Positions 11,493 through 24,039 of a stretch of DNA of 64,000 bases are shown one piece after another (position 1 is the stretch's first letter; each line of letters starts with the position of its first letter). The position numbers and the translations under genes are program-made. The notes under the pieces are model-generated. The model saw nothing but the letters and a program-made list of their open reading frames with translations. It was not told the DNA's origin and made no database searches. The DNA comes from Stegostoma tigrinum (taxonomy: Eukaryota), in assembly GCF_030684315.1 (NCBI RefSeq), contig NC_081393.1, forward strand, positions 10,117,565 to 10,181,564. Reading direction: 5' to 3'.

Positions 11493-14400
11493 GGACCAGG
11501 GGACTTGTCCACCTGAATGTCTTTTAGGATAGTCAACACTTCCTCCTTCCTTATGCCAACTTGACCTAGAGTAAGCGAACATCTCCCTCTCCTTGGTGAA
11601 TACAATGCAAAGTACTTGTTAAGAATGTCACCCATTTTCTCTGACTCAGCGCATAACTTTCCTTCTTTGTCCTTGAGTGGGCCAACCCTTTCTCTAGTTA
11701 CCCTCTTGCTCTTTATATACCACAGGGGTCAGTGTTGGGGCCGCAGCTGTTCACCTTGTATATTAATGATCTGGATGAAGGGACCGGGGACATTCTGGTG
11801 AAGTTTGCCAATGATACGAAGATAGGTGGACAGGCAGGTAGTACTGAGGAGGTGGGGAAGCTGCAGAAAGATTTCGACAGTTTAGGAGAGTGGTCCAGGA
11901 AATGCTGATGGAATTCAATGTGAGTAAATGTGAGGTTTTGCACTTTGGAAAAAAGAATACAGGCATGGACTATTTTCTAAACGGTGAGAAAATTCGTAAA
12001 GCTGTAGTACAAAGGGATCTGGGAGTTTTGGTCCAGGATTCTCTAAAGGTTAACTTGCAGGTAGAGTCCGTGATTAAGAAAGCGATTGTAATGTTGTCGT
12101 TTATCCCAAAAGGGTTGGAATATAAAAGCATCGATGTGCTTCTGAGGCTTTATAAAGCTCTAGTTAGGCCCCATTTAGAATACTGTGTCCAATTTTGGGC
12201 CCCACACCTCAGGAAGGACATACTAGCCCTGGAGCGTGTCCAGCGGAGATTCACACGGTTGATCCCTGGAATGGTACGTTTAACATATGATGAACGGCTA
12301 AGGATCCTGAGATTGTATTCATTAGAGTTTAGAAAGTTGAGGGGACATCTAATAGAAACTTACAAGATAATGGATGGCTTAGAAGGGGTGGACGCTAGGA
12401 AGTTGTTTCCGTTAGGTGGGGAGACTAGGACCCATGGGCACAGCCTTAAAATTAGAGGGGGTAAATTTAAAACTGAAATGAGACAACATTTCTTCAGCCA
12501 GAGAGTGGTGGGCTTGTGGAATTCATTGCCACAGAGTGCAGTGGAGGCCAGGACGTTGGATGCCTTCAAGGCAGAGATCGACAAATTCTGGATCTCAGAA
12601 TGAATCAAGAGCTACGGGGAGAGTGCAGGGAAGTGGTGTTGAAATGCCCATCAGCCATGATTTAAATGGCGGAGTGGACCTGATGGGCCGAATGGCATTA
12701 CTTCCACTCCTATGTCTTATGGTCTTATATGAATAAAAGGCTTTGGGATTTTCCTTAACCATGTTTGCCAGCAATATCTCGTCCTCTCTTAGACCTCTTA
12801 ATCCCTCATTTCAGATTCGCTCTACATTCCCCATATTCTTCCAAAGCTTCGTCTGTCTTCAGTCGCCTAGACCTCATGTATGCTTCCTTTTTCCTCTTGG
12901 CTAGTCTCACGATTTCACCTGTCATCCATGATTCCCTAATCTTGCCTTTTCTATTCCTCATTTTCACAGGAACATGTCTCTCCTGCGTGCTAATCAACCA
13001 CTCCTTTAAAAGCCTCCCACATATCAAATGTGGATTTACCTTCAAACAGTTTCTCCCAATCTACGTTCCTCAGATCCTGCCAAATCTTGGTATAGTTGGC
13101 CTTCTCCCAGTTTAGTACTCTTCCTTTAGGACCACTCCCATCCTTGTCCATGAGTAGTGTAAAACTTACGGAATTGTGATCGCTATTTCCAAAGTAGTCC
13201 CCTACTGTAATATCAACCACCTGGCCGGGTTCATTCCCCAACACCGGGTCCACTATGGCCCCTCCCTGAGTTGGACTGCGTACATACTGCTCTAGAAAAT
13301 CCTCCTGGACACACCTTACAAATTCTGCACCATCTTGTCCCCTAACACTGAGTGAATCCCAATTTTGGGAAAATTAAAATCTCCCATCACCACCACCCTG
13401 TTTCTCCTACACCTTTCCATTATCTGTTTACATATTTGTACCTCTATCTCAGGCTCGCTGTTGGGAGGCCTGTAGTACAGCCCCAACATTGTTACTGCAT
13501 CCTTCTTATTTCTGAGTTCTACCCATATTGCCTCACTGCTTGAGTCCTCCATGGGGCCCTCCTTCAGTGCAGCTGTGATATCGTCTTTGACCATTACTGT
13601 AACTCCTCCACCCCTTTTACCTCCCTCTCTATCCTGCCTGAAGCATCGATATCCTGGGACAACTAGTTGCCAATCATGCCCTTCCCTCAACCAAGACTCA
13701 GTAATAGCAATAACATCATACCTCCAGGTACCGATCCAAGCCCTAAGCTCATCTGCCTTATCTACTGCACTTCTCGCATTAAAACAAATGCACCTCAGAC
13801 CACCTGTCCCTTTGTGTTCATCATCTGCTCCCCGACTACTATTCCCTTCAGTCACACTGACTCCATTATCTTGTTCCCTACAGGCTTTGTTACTACCTCT
13901 TTTCTGTCCAATATTTGGTTCCCATCCCCCTGCCACATTAGTTTAAATCTTCCCCAACAGCATTCACAAAAGCACCCCCAAGGACATTGGTTCCAGTCCG
14001 GCCCAGGTGTAGACTGTCCAGTTTGTAATACCCACATTCCCCAGAACCGGTTCCAATGTCCCAAAAATCTGAACCCCTCCCCCCTGCACCATCTCTCAAG
14101 CCACGCACTCATCCTGGCTATTCTTTCATTTCTGCTCTGACTCGTACGTGACACTGGTAGCAATCCTGAGATTACTACCTTTGACGTCCTACTTTTTAAC
14201 TTGGCTCCTAACTCCCTAAATTCTGCTAAGAGGATCTCATCCCGTTTCCTGCCTATATCGTTGGTGCCTATTTGCACCACGACAACTGGCTGTTTGCCCT
14301 CCCCCTTCAGAATGATCTGCAGCCGATCGGAGACATCCCTGACCCGTGCACCTGGGAGGCAACATACCATTCGGGAGTCCGGTTTTCGATCGCAGAACCG

Positions 14401-15177
14401 CCTATCTACTCCCCTTACAATTGAATCCCCAATGACTATCGCCCTTCCACTCTTTTTCCCGCCCTTCTGTACAGCAGAGCCAGCCACGGTGCCATGAGCC
14501 TGGCTACTGCTGCCTTCCCCGGTGAGCCATCTCCCCCAACAGTATTCAAAACAGAATACCTGTTTTGGAGGGAGATGACCGTAGGGGACACTTGCACTGC
14601 CTTCCTGCTCTTCCTCTGCCTTTTAGTCACCCATTCCCTTTCTCCCTCAGCAATCCTAATCTGCGGTGTGACCAACTTGCTAAACGTGCTGTCCACGGCC
14701 CCCTCAGCATCGCGTATGCTCTAAAGTGAGTCCATCTGCAGCTCGAGAGCTGTCATGCAGTCTAACAAGAGCTGCAGCTGGACACACTTCCTGCACTTGA
14801 AGGAGTCAGGGACATCAGCTGTGTCCCTGAGTTCCCACATTGAGCAAGAGGAGCACAACACGGGTGTGAGATCTCCTGACATTGTGAAACTTAACTTAGA
14901 TAAATGAAAAAGGAATGATAAAAATTATTGGCAATCACACGATATATAAAGAAATATGAAATAGAAAAAAGCCTTACCTTATCTACACATCACCAAGCCT
15001 TTTTTTTTCGGTTCGAGGAGGAGGGCAGTTGGGAGACACTATGTGTGTAGTGTCTCGAGTTCAGCCGCTTCCCAAATAAATGAAGACCCCTCCCGCTCGA
15101 GGTAAGCTTTTTAAAGTGGGAAAAACCTTACCTTCCCGGCTGCCTCCTGGTGCTGTCTCTCTCTCTCGCTCTCCTCC
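11493..15177 (-). mobile_element. CR1-clade LINE, 5' half (5' UTR, ORF1 zinc finger/leucine zipper/SGNH esterase, ORF2 endonuclease), 3' half missing
   Basis: ORF1 from ATG 14882 (MSGDLTPVLCSSC...CRKC) and IVIGDSIVRG/QIGTND esterase motifs in 13852-14487; endonuclease CFNARS...AITESWL in 13316-13936; stops and frameshifts. Confidence 0.85.
11720..12728 (+). mobile_element. 5'-truncated CR1 LINE 3' end nested inside the minus-strand CR1
   Basis: ORF 11890-12603 has CR1 RT C-terminal motifs (LYKALVRPHLEYCVQFW, RVVGLWNSLP); short tandem tail; ttatat direct repeat at the flanks. Confidence 0.85.
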
Positions 15178-16882
15178 CAAAAATGAAGGGGATTCTCTTT
15201 TGGCGGTTATTGCAGGGATGGGGTGGAAGGGACGAATTGCAGGAAATGTAGGAGACAAGGTAGAGGGCATTCTCAACCACTGCGGCGGGAGGGGGGAGCA
15301 GAAGCTGCTGTTCTTGAAGAACGAGGACATCTGGGATGTGTGGGAGTGGAATGCCTCATCCTGGGAGCAGATGCAGTGGATGCAAAGGAATTGGGAATAG
15401 GGGATGGAATTTTTGTAGGAGTGTGGGTGGGAGGAGGTGTATTCTAGGTAGCTGTGGGAGTCAGTGGGCTTGAAATGGATATCGGTTTCTAGGTGGTTGC
15501 TTGCAATGGAGACTGAGAGGTCCAGGAGGGTGAGGCATGTGTTGGAGATGGTCCAGGTCAGCTTGAGGTTGGCGTGGAAGGTGTTGGTGAAGTGGATGAA
15601 CTGTTCGAGCTCCTCGTGGGAGCATGAGGCGGCGCGATACAGTCACCAGTGAAACGGAGGTAGAGGTGGGGTTTGTGGCCTGTGTAGGTGCGGAAGAGGG
15701 ATTGTTCCACATAACCTATAAAAAGGCAGGCATAGCTTGGGCCCATGCGGGTACCCATGGCCACCCCCTGTGTCTGTAGGAAGTGTGAGGAATTGAAAGA
15801 GAAGTTGTTGAGGGTGAGGATGTGTTCAGCTAAGCAGATGAGGGTGCTTAGCCCGATGGATGGGGGCTGGTCAGGCTTGTGGGACAGGAAGAAGTGGAGG
15901 ACCTTTAGGCCATCAACATGGAGAATGCATGTGTTTAGGTACTGGACGTCCATGGTGAAAATGAGATGTTGGGGACTGGGGAATTGGAAGTTCTGGAGGA
16001 GGTGGATGGTGTGGGTGGTGTCACAGATGTAGGTGGAGAATTCCTGGACCAAGGGGGAGAAAATGGAGTCCAGATAGGTGGAGATGAGTTTGTTGGGGTA
16101 GGAGCAGGCGGAGACAATGTGTCGACCAGAGCATTTGGGTTTGTGGATTTTGGGAAGGAGATAGAAGCTGGAGGTGTGGGGTTTGGGAACAATGAGTTTG
16201 AAGGCTGTGGGTGGGAGGTCACCTGAGATGATTAGGTTGTGGATGGTTCGGGAGATGATGGTTTGGTGCTCTGGGGTGGAGTCATGATCCAGGGAGTGGT
16301 AGGAGGAGGTGTGGGAGAGTTGGCATCTGGCCTCAGCGATGTCAAGGTCAGTGCCCCATACTACAACTGTGCCTCCCTTGTCCGCAGGTTTTACCTCCTG
16401 CCACAATGCCACCCGAAAATTGCAGGAACAGCTAAAAATCATTTCAACTCCCCCTCCCATTCCTCAGACGACATGTGGCCTCCTGCAGTGCCACGATGCC
16501 AACTGAAAGTTGAAGAAACAGCTAAAACTGCTCAGGAACCCTGCAGGCCAATGGTATCAATGTGGATTTCACAAGCTTCAAAATCTCCCTTTCCCCCACT
16601 CCATCCCAAAACCAGCCCAGCTCATCCCCACCTCCCTAACCTGTTCTTCCTCTCACCTCTCCCCTCCTCCTACCTCAAGCCACACCTCCATTCCCTACGT
16701 CCTAACCTCATCCCGCCCCCTTGACCTGTCCGTCCTTCCCAAACTGACCTAACCCCTCCCTACCTACACTCACCTCTACTGGCTCCATCCCCACCCTTTA
16801 ACTTGTCTATCTCCTCTGCACCCATCTTCTCCTCAATCCATCTTCGATCCGCCTCCCCCTCTGTCCCTGTTTATTTCAGACC

Positions 16883-16910
16883 CTGATGAAGGGTCTAGGC
16901 CCGAAACGTC
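16883..16910 (+). ncRNA. Minimal type I hammerhead-ribozyme core in a Penelope terminus (other copies: 34833-34860 +, 7510-7537 -, 56937-56964 -, 23253-23280 -)
   Basis: CTGATGA-a-gggtctaggccc (stem II)-GAAA-c-GTC matches the CUGANGA/GAAA/NUH core known from Penelope-like elements; activity not shown. Confidence 0.65.
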
Positions 16911-17469
16911 AGCTTTTGTGCTCCTGAGATGCTGCTTGGCCTGCTGTGTTCATCCAGCTCCACACTTTGTTATCTCGGATTCTCCAGCATCTGCAGTTCC
17001 TATTACCTCAGTATTAGGGCTCTGCCTGGTTTCATCTCTCAAGTGACCTTAGTCGTTGTACTGCATGTCAGCAATTTGCACTTTTAGCCCAGACCAAAGA
17101 TCACCTGGAGAATTGTCACAAGTGGTTGACCAAACTCAGAGAACCATTGCTCTCTGCAATGCTGAAGCATAAACCCATATCCGCATATCCATGATTCAGG
17201 AGCTCATTTATACTGAGAGAAATGTTGTCCTATGTGAGACTAAAAACGTGAGTTGACTTGGAAATGGAGTGAGATACTTTTCTCAAAACTGCTGCTGAAA
17301 CACAAATTCATGGAAGAAATGGTGCAGAAAAGTTTTGGAATTTTGATGCTGTTTCCAACAGTCCATCAGAGAAATCTCTCTTTCTGCAGATGCTGCTGTC
17401 GTGCTAAGTATTTTCATTGTCTCTATTTTTATTCCAGAATTCCAGCATGTGTACAATTTTGATGTTGTA

Positions 17470-20445
17470 TAGAACATAGAACATTACAGCACAGTACAGG
17501 CCCTTCGGCCCTCGATGTTGTGCTGACCTGTCATACCCATCTCAAGCCCATCTAACCTACACTATTCCATGTATGTCCATATGCTTATCCCATGATGACT
17601 TAAGTGTACTTAAAGTGGGCGAATCTACTACCGTTGCAGGCAAAGCATTCCATTCCCTTACTACTCTCTGAGTAAAGAAACTACCTCCGACATCTGTCCT
17701 GTATCTTTCACCCCTCAATTTAAAGCTATGCCCCCTCGTGCTCGCCGTCACCATCCTAGGAAAAAGGCTCTCCCTATCCACCCTATCTAACTCTCTGATT
17801 ATTTTATATGTTTCAATTAAGTCACCTCTCAACCATCTTCTCTCTAACGAAAACAGCCTCAAGTCCCTCAGCCTTTCCTCGTAAGACCTTCCCTCCATAC
17901 CAGGCAACATCCTAGTAAATCTCCTCTGCACCCTTTCCAAAGCTTTCACATCCTTCTTATAATGCGGTGACCAGAACTGTAAGCAATACTCCAAGTGCGG
18001 CCGCACCAGAGTTTTGTACAGCTTCACCATAACCTCTTGGTTCCGGAACTCGATTCCTCTATTAATAAAAGCTAAACCACTGCATGCCTTCTTAACAGCC
18101 CTGTCAACCTGGGTGGCAACTTTCAAGGATCTGTGTACATGGACACCAAGATCTCTCTGCTCATCTACACTACCAAGAATCTTACCATTAGCCCAGTACT
18201 TTTCCTTCCAGTTACTCCTACCAAAGTGCATAACCTCACACTTGTCTGCATTAAACTCCATTTGCCACCTCTCAGCCCAGCTCTGCAGCTTATCTATGTC
18301 TCTCTGCAACCTACAGCACCCTTTGTCACTATCCACAACTCCAACGACCTTAGTGTCGTCTGCAAATTTACTAACCCATCCTTCTACGCCCTCATCCAGG
18401 TCATTTATAAAAATGACAAACAGCAGTGGACCCAACACCGACCCTTGCGGTACACCACTAGTAACTGGTCTCCAGGATGAACATTTCCCATCAACCACCA
18501 CCCTCTGTCTTCTTTCAGCAAGCCAATTTCCGATCCAAACTGCTATATCTCCCACAATCCCATTCCTCTGCATTTTTTACAATAGCCTACCGTGGGGAAC
18601 CTTGCTGAAATCCATATACACCACATCAACCAGTTTACTCTCATCTACCTGTTTGGTCACCTTCTCAAAGAACTCAATAAGATTTGTGAGGCACGACCTA
18701 CCCTTCACAAAACCGTGCTGACTATCCCTAATCAATTTATTCTTTTCTCGATGATTATAAATCCTATCCCTTATAGCCTTTTCCAACACTTTACCAACAA
18801 CTGAGGTAAGGCTCATTGCTCTATAATTACAAGGGTAACTACTCCCCTTCTTGAACAGGGGAACCACATTTGCTATCCTCCAGTCGTCTGGCACTATTCC
18901 TGTAGACAATGACGAGTTAAAGATCAATGCCAAAGGCTCGGCAATCTCCTCCCTGGCTTCCCAGAGGATCCTAGGATAAATCCCATCCGGCCCAGGGGAC
19001 TTATCTATCTTCACCCTCTGTAGGATTTCTAATACCTCTTCCTTGTGAACCTCAATCCCACCTAGTCTAGTAGCCTGTATCTCAGTATTCTCCTCAACAA
19101 CATTGTCGTTTTCTAGAGTGAATACTGTCAAAAAATATTCATTTTGGTGCTTCCCCTATCTCCTCTGACTCCACACACAACTTCCCACTACTATCCTTGA
19201 TTGGGCCTAATCTTACTTTCGTCATTCTTTTATTCCTTAAATACCTATAGAAAGCCTTACGGTTTACCCTGATCCTATCTGCCAACAACTTCTCATGTCT
19301 CCTCCTGGCTCTTCTGAGCTCTCTCTTTAGGTCTTTCCTGGCTACATCATAGCCCTCAAGGGCCCTAACTGAGCCTTCACATCTCATCCTAACATTAGCC
19401 TTCTTCTTCCTCTTGACCAGAGATTCCACTTCCTTCGTAAACCACGGCTCCCGCACTCTACAGCTTCCTCCCTGCCCGACAGGTACATACTTACCTAGGA
19501 CACACAGGAGCTTTTCCTTGAATAAGCTCCACATTGCTAATGTGCCCATCCCCTGCAGTTTCCTTTCCTATCCTATGCTCCCTAAATCTTGCCTAATCTC
19601 ATCGTAATTGCCTTTCCCCCAGCTATAACTCTTGCTCAGTGGTATACACCTATCCCTTTCCATCACTAAAGTAAATATAACAGAATTGTGATCGCTATCA
19701 CCAAAGTGCTTATCTACTTCCAAATCTAACACCTGGCCGGGCTCATTACCCAGTACTAAATCTAATGTGGCTTCGCCCCTTGTTGGCCTATCTACATACT
19801 GTGTCAGGAAGCCCTCCTGCACACACTGGACAAAAACTGACCCATCTATAGTACTCAAACTATAGTGTTCCCAGTCAATATTTGGAAAGTTAAAGTCCCC
19901 CATGACAACTACCCTGTCTCTTTCACTCCTACCGAGAATCATCTTTGCTATCCTTTTGTCTACATCTCTGGAACTATTTGGAGGCCTATAGAGAACTCCC
20001 AAAAGGGTGACCTCTCCTTTCCTGTTTCTAACCTCAGCCCATACTACCTCAGTTGATGAGTCCCCAAACATCCTTTCTGCAACTGTAATACTGTCCTTGA
20101 CCAACAATGCCACACCTCCGCCCCTTTTACCATCTTCTCTGTTTTTACTGAAACACCTAAATCCCGGAACCTGCAACAACCATTCCTGTCCCTGCTCTAT
20201 CCACGTCTCTGAAATGGCCACAACATCAAAGTCCCAGGTACTAACCCATGCTGCAAGTTCACCCATCTTATTCCGGACGCTCCTGGCATTGATGTAGACA
20301 CACTTCAAATCAACTTCTTGCTTGCCGGTGCCATCTTGCGTTCCTGAAACTTTATTTTGGACCTACTCTCAACCTTTTCTATACTCGAACTACAATTTTG
20401 GTTCCCATCCCCCTGCTGAATTAGTTTAAACCCACCCGAATTGCC
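17470..20445 (-). mobile_element. CR1-clade LINE, near-complete but frameshifted ORF2 (endonuclease plus RT)
   Basis: Consecutive ORFs 19568-20308 (endonuclease), 19139-19549, 18577-19131, 17557-18573 (GVPQGSVLGP, FADD); ttctatg-type 3' tail. Confidence 0.92.
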
Positions 20446-21279
20446 TAAGAACATGGCCTCTATCAAATGAAATATTTTGTCTCTGAAGATAAATCATTCT
20501 TTAAAATCTAAAATTATTCACAGTATTTCATTTAATTCATTGCTGTTTGCACTCTGAAAAGAGACAAACTCGGAATTAAACGAATGAGGTGGAGAAATGG
20601 TGGAAAACTTCTAATTTCCAGAAGCAAATTATTCAGCATAGTCGGGTCATGCAGACTTAATATGGAAGATTGTTAGCTTCTATCTGAGCAACAGATGATG
20701 CTCTCAAAACAAGGAATGCCTAAACCTAAACTGATGAATGTACTTGGTTGAGTTTGCTGTGTCTCCCTGAGCAGTACTCTAGCCACTCGACTCAGAATTT
20801 TGATTGTTCACTCCATGGTCTGGTCACCAATACCTGGCACTCCTAATTCAGTAGTGAGAAGTCCTTCACCACTAGAGTCAACCAAAAAAATTCCTATTGC
20901 TTCTATTTGCTATTTGTTCTCTATTTACTATTCATGGAAATGTGTAGAGTCTTGAATTTCAATTACATGGTATATACACATTTTCACATAAAAGTGCCAA
21001 TTTTGAGCCGTCTTAGGAAGAAAACAAAAACATTGGCAAAAAATAAGGTGGACAAAACATTTAAAGAAACAATTTGACTTGTTCAAATGAAAAAACACCC
21101 AGAAAGTCATCAAAAAAAGTTCAAACTGCAGTTAACAAAGTGGTTATGGATAGTTTGGTTCAGAAGTTTTTAACGTTGCAAGAAACCATACTAAACCTGA
21201 AGGTTGGGAGTACTTTTGAAACTAAAAGCCAGAAATCATTGATAAAAATGAAAAAAAAAAGTCTGAGAATAAACTGGCA

Positions 21280-22965
21280 AAGATTGTAGGAGGTTTCACA
21301 GTACCAAAAAATGAAGAGAGAAACTAAACTAAATGTGGGTTCCGACGAAACTGTAACAAGGAAAGTCTCATGGGAAACGAGGAAATGACAGAGATATTGA
21401 ACAAATAGTTTGCGTCTGTTTTCACAACAGAAGTCGTTACATTTGATAAATAGGAGGGAACCAAAGGAATAAATGAATGAGAATGTTATTATTTTTACCA
21501 TGAAAATAAGGTACAACAATCCAACAAATCTCTTGGACCTCATGCTGACGTATCATATTTATAAGGAGGCAGCTACAGGAAGGATGAATGTACTGATGAT
21601 GATTTCCCAAAATTTCAACACAATCTCAGCAGTTTGAAAGTTCACAAAGCAAACAAAACCGTTGATAAAATAAAGGAAAGAGAAACAGCAAACTGAAGGC
21701 CAATTGGTCCAACATGACTCATTCTAATACTGAAGAAATCTGAAGAGTGCATGAAGAAAATTACTGGACAATCAGACAAAGTCAGCATGGTTTTACTGAA
21801 GGGAAACCATGTTTCCTGAATTTATTAGTCTTTTTTAAAAATTCACAACTAGTATGGTCGTCAGAGGGAATAAGTATATGTCATGAAGGAATTCAATGAG
21901 CTGCCATCTGAAAGGGTAATATTGTGAGTATAATATTATTGAGTTGCAGATGTTAGCATGAGCAGACAAACAATTCACATCCGTGTAACAGAGATTAGAA
22001 CAAGCTGTGAGCGTTGGAAGGCTATAAGGGTCAGTGCTGAGATTTGCAAACTATACTGATGAGTTAAACTAAGAGACAGAAGTAATCCACAAACATTTGC
22101 TGAAGATAAAATGCAAGTTAGAAATTCAATCTGTGGGCAGGGTACAAAGTAGTATCAAAAACAATGAGACGGATTAAATAAGTTGGCCATACTGGTGATT
22201 ACAGGAACGATGTGGGGACATAAAGCTTTTTCACTTCTGTCCAAAAAAAATTGGAAAAGGATCTTATAGTTTACAAGTTGTGAAGTCTGTTAATGTTGCT
22301 ACTCAGTGACTTGCATGCACATTGAGAGAGAGCAGAAAGAATTCGCATGTCGGTATGGCATGCAATTCGGAAAACAAAATTCACATTAGCTTTCATAGCA
22401 AGGGAATTGAAAGACAACAACGAAGGAGTTTTGCTCAAATTGTATGGTACATTAGTAGACTGCACCTTGCATAGTGTGTGTACTTTAGGCTGACATATTT
22501 CAGGAAGGCAGTGAAAAATCATTGGACTGGTCTCTGGGATCAGAGGGATGTCATATGACAAGAAGCTAAATAAATTAGATCTTCATTCCCCAGAAGTGAG
22601 AAGAAGGAGAGGCAATTTTGTTGTAAGATTCAATCTGAAGGAACCTACAGTGTAGATATAATAGGTGTTTTCCCTAATTGGGTACTGAAAACATGTCACG
22701 GTAGAAAAAGAAAACTGAAATAAGGAGAAATTTATTCTTTCAGAGGGCTGTGAACCTTTGGAATACTCTCTCCAAGAATGGTGTAAATGATCCATCATTG
22801 AATGCACCTGAGGCTACAACTAACATATTTTTGGTCTTTGGGAAACAAGGGATACAGGGAGCAAGCATCAAAGTGGACTTGAAGCTGAAGAACAACCATC
22901 AATATATTGCATGGCAGTACAGAACTGAGAGGTCACATTGCCTTGCTGTTGTTCCTTAGGTCCTT
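21280..22965 (+). mobile_element. Highly degraded CR1 LINE ORF2 relic
   Basis: Remnants such as agtcagcatggtttt...gggaaaccatgtttcctgaattta (SQHGF..G..C..NL) and gggctgtgaacctttggaat. Confidence 0.6.
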
Positions 22966-23153
22966 ATGTTTGGGAACATCCAATATTCTGTATGGCCACA
23001 AAGCTTAGAGGGGACACTGAATTGACCATCAGGTGTTAAATGGACCATCCTGTCTATTCTTTCCATAGCATTTTTTCCAATAAGACGAGGAGTGTTGAGT
23101 CAGTATTTATTCCTCTTGTCAAAATCATGAAAAATAAACTGCTGTTTGAGGTA

Positions 23154-23372
23154 CAGATAGTAGGAAATGCAGATGCTGGAGAATCCGAGATAACAAGGTG
23201 TAGAGCTGGATGAACACAGCAGGCCAAGCAGCATCAGAGGAGCGGGATGGCTGACGTTTCAGGCTGAGACCCTTCTTCAGAAAATGAAAGGGTCTAGGCC
23301 CGAAACGTCAGCCTTCCTGCTCCTCTGATGTTGCTTGTCCTGCTGTGTTCATCCAGCTCTACACCTTGTTAT
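23154..23372. mobile_element. Fold-back Penelope-terminus element
   Basis: Inverted arms; TSD ctgc(t/g)gtttgaggta at 23139-23153 and 23373-23387. Confidence 0.85.
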
Positions 23373-23622
23373 CTGCGGTTTGAGGTAGCTTGCTGTGCAT
23401 AAACTGTCATATTTCTAACAATACGACAATAACATCTCAAAAGTATTTAGTTGTGAAGCTGTCGGGATGTCCTGAGGTTTTTAAAGATGATACATGCATA
23501 AAGCATTCGTGTTTAGTTGTTCAAATATAGGAGCAGTGTTATAAAAGGCATTTGAAACCCAGCCCATGAACTTAGTCGGGAGGAAATGCAAAATACAATA
23601 AAGGTAAAACTAATTCTAAGCA

Positions 23623-23628
23623 TTTATT
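23623..23628 (-). terminator. Candidate polyadenylation signal of the astacin-like gene
   Basis: AATAAA on the minus strand about 255 nt after the stop codon. Confidence 0.55.
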
Positions 23629-23883
23629 GCATCTGATCCTGAATACATTGTCTTAGAAGCAAGAGACTGGCAATGGGAAGAGGGTCAGGTGTCTAAAAAA
23701 GCTCCAATCTCTCAGAAGGTGACACTTCATCTTCTCTTCAATATTTCCTGGCAAGGTCATCTCCTGAATGCAAAACATCACTTGTCCCCCTTGGGGTGAA
23801 GAATTGTCAATCCATGAACACTGCCCTGGCAATCAGCACACCCGGTGCTGGACTGAAAGGAAGAAATTTGCTGTCACAAGTCT

Positions 23884-24039
23884 CTAACCCAAGTGAGATT
23901 TGTTCCTTTTCTTCAGACCTCGATTGCAGGTTGGGTTCCAGTGCTTCCAGCTTGACTCACAGCTATTTCTGTAGATCTGCACGTCATCAATTGCAGCATC
24001 GCTCTGATAGCTCGATCCCAGCACACCTTCAATAATCAC
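23884..24039 (-). CDS. Astacin-like gene exon 12 (end of MAM domain, stop codon)
   Basis: 156 nt, VIIEGVLGSSYQSDAAIDDVQIYRNSCESSWKHWNPTCNRGLKKRNKSHLG*; AIDDV...C MAM terminus. Confidence 0.9.
   Translation of the reverse strand: MIIEGVLGSSYQSDAAIDDVQIYRNSCESSWKHWNPTCNRGLKKRNKSHLG

Larger units (their letters stand above)
10992..17007. mobile_element. Composite Penelope-like insertion with internal inversion (minus segments 10992-11492 and 15178-~16394, plus arm ~16394-17007), interrupted by CR1 LINEs
   Basis: RT motifs in minus ORF 15558-16460 (VKPADKGG, MDVQYL, AMGTRMGPSYA); terminal repeats at both ends facing outward; degenerate TSD tcag.at..gggctctg at 10975-10991 and 17008-17024. Confidence 0.75.
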
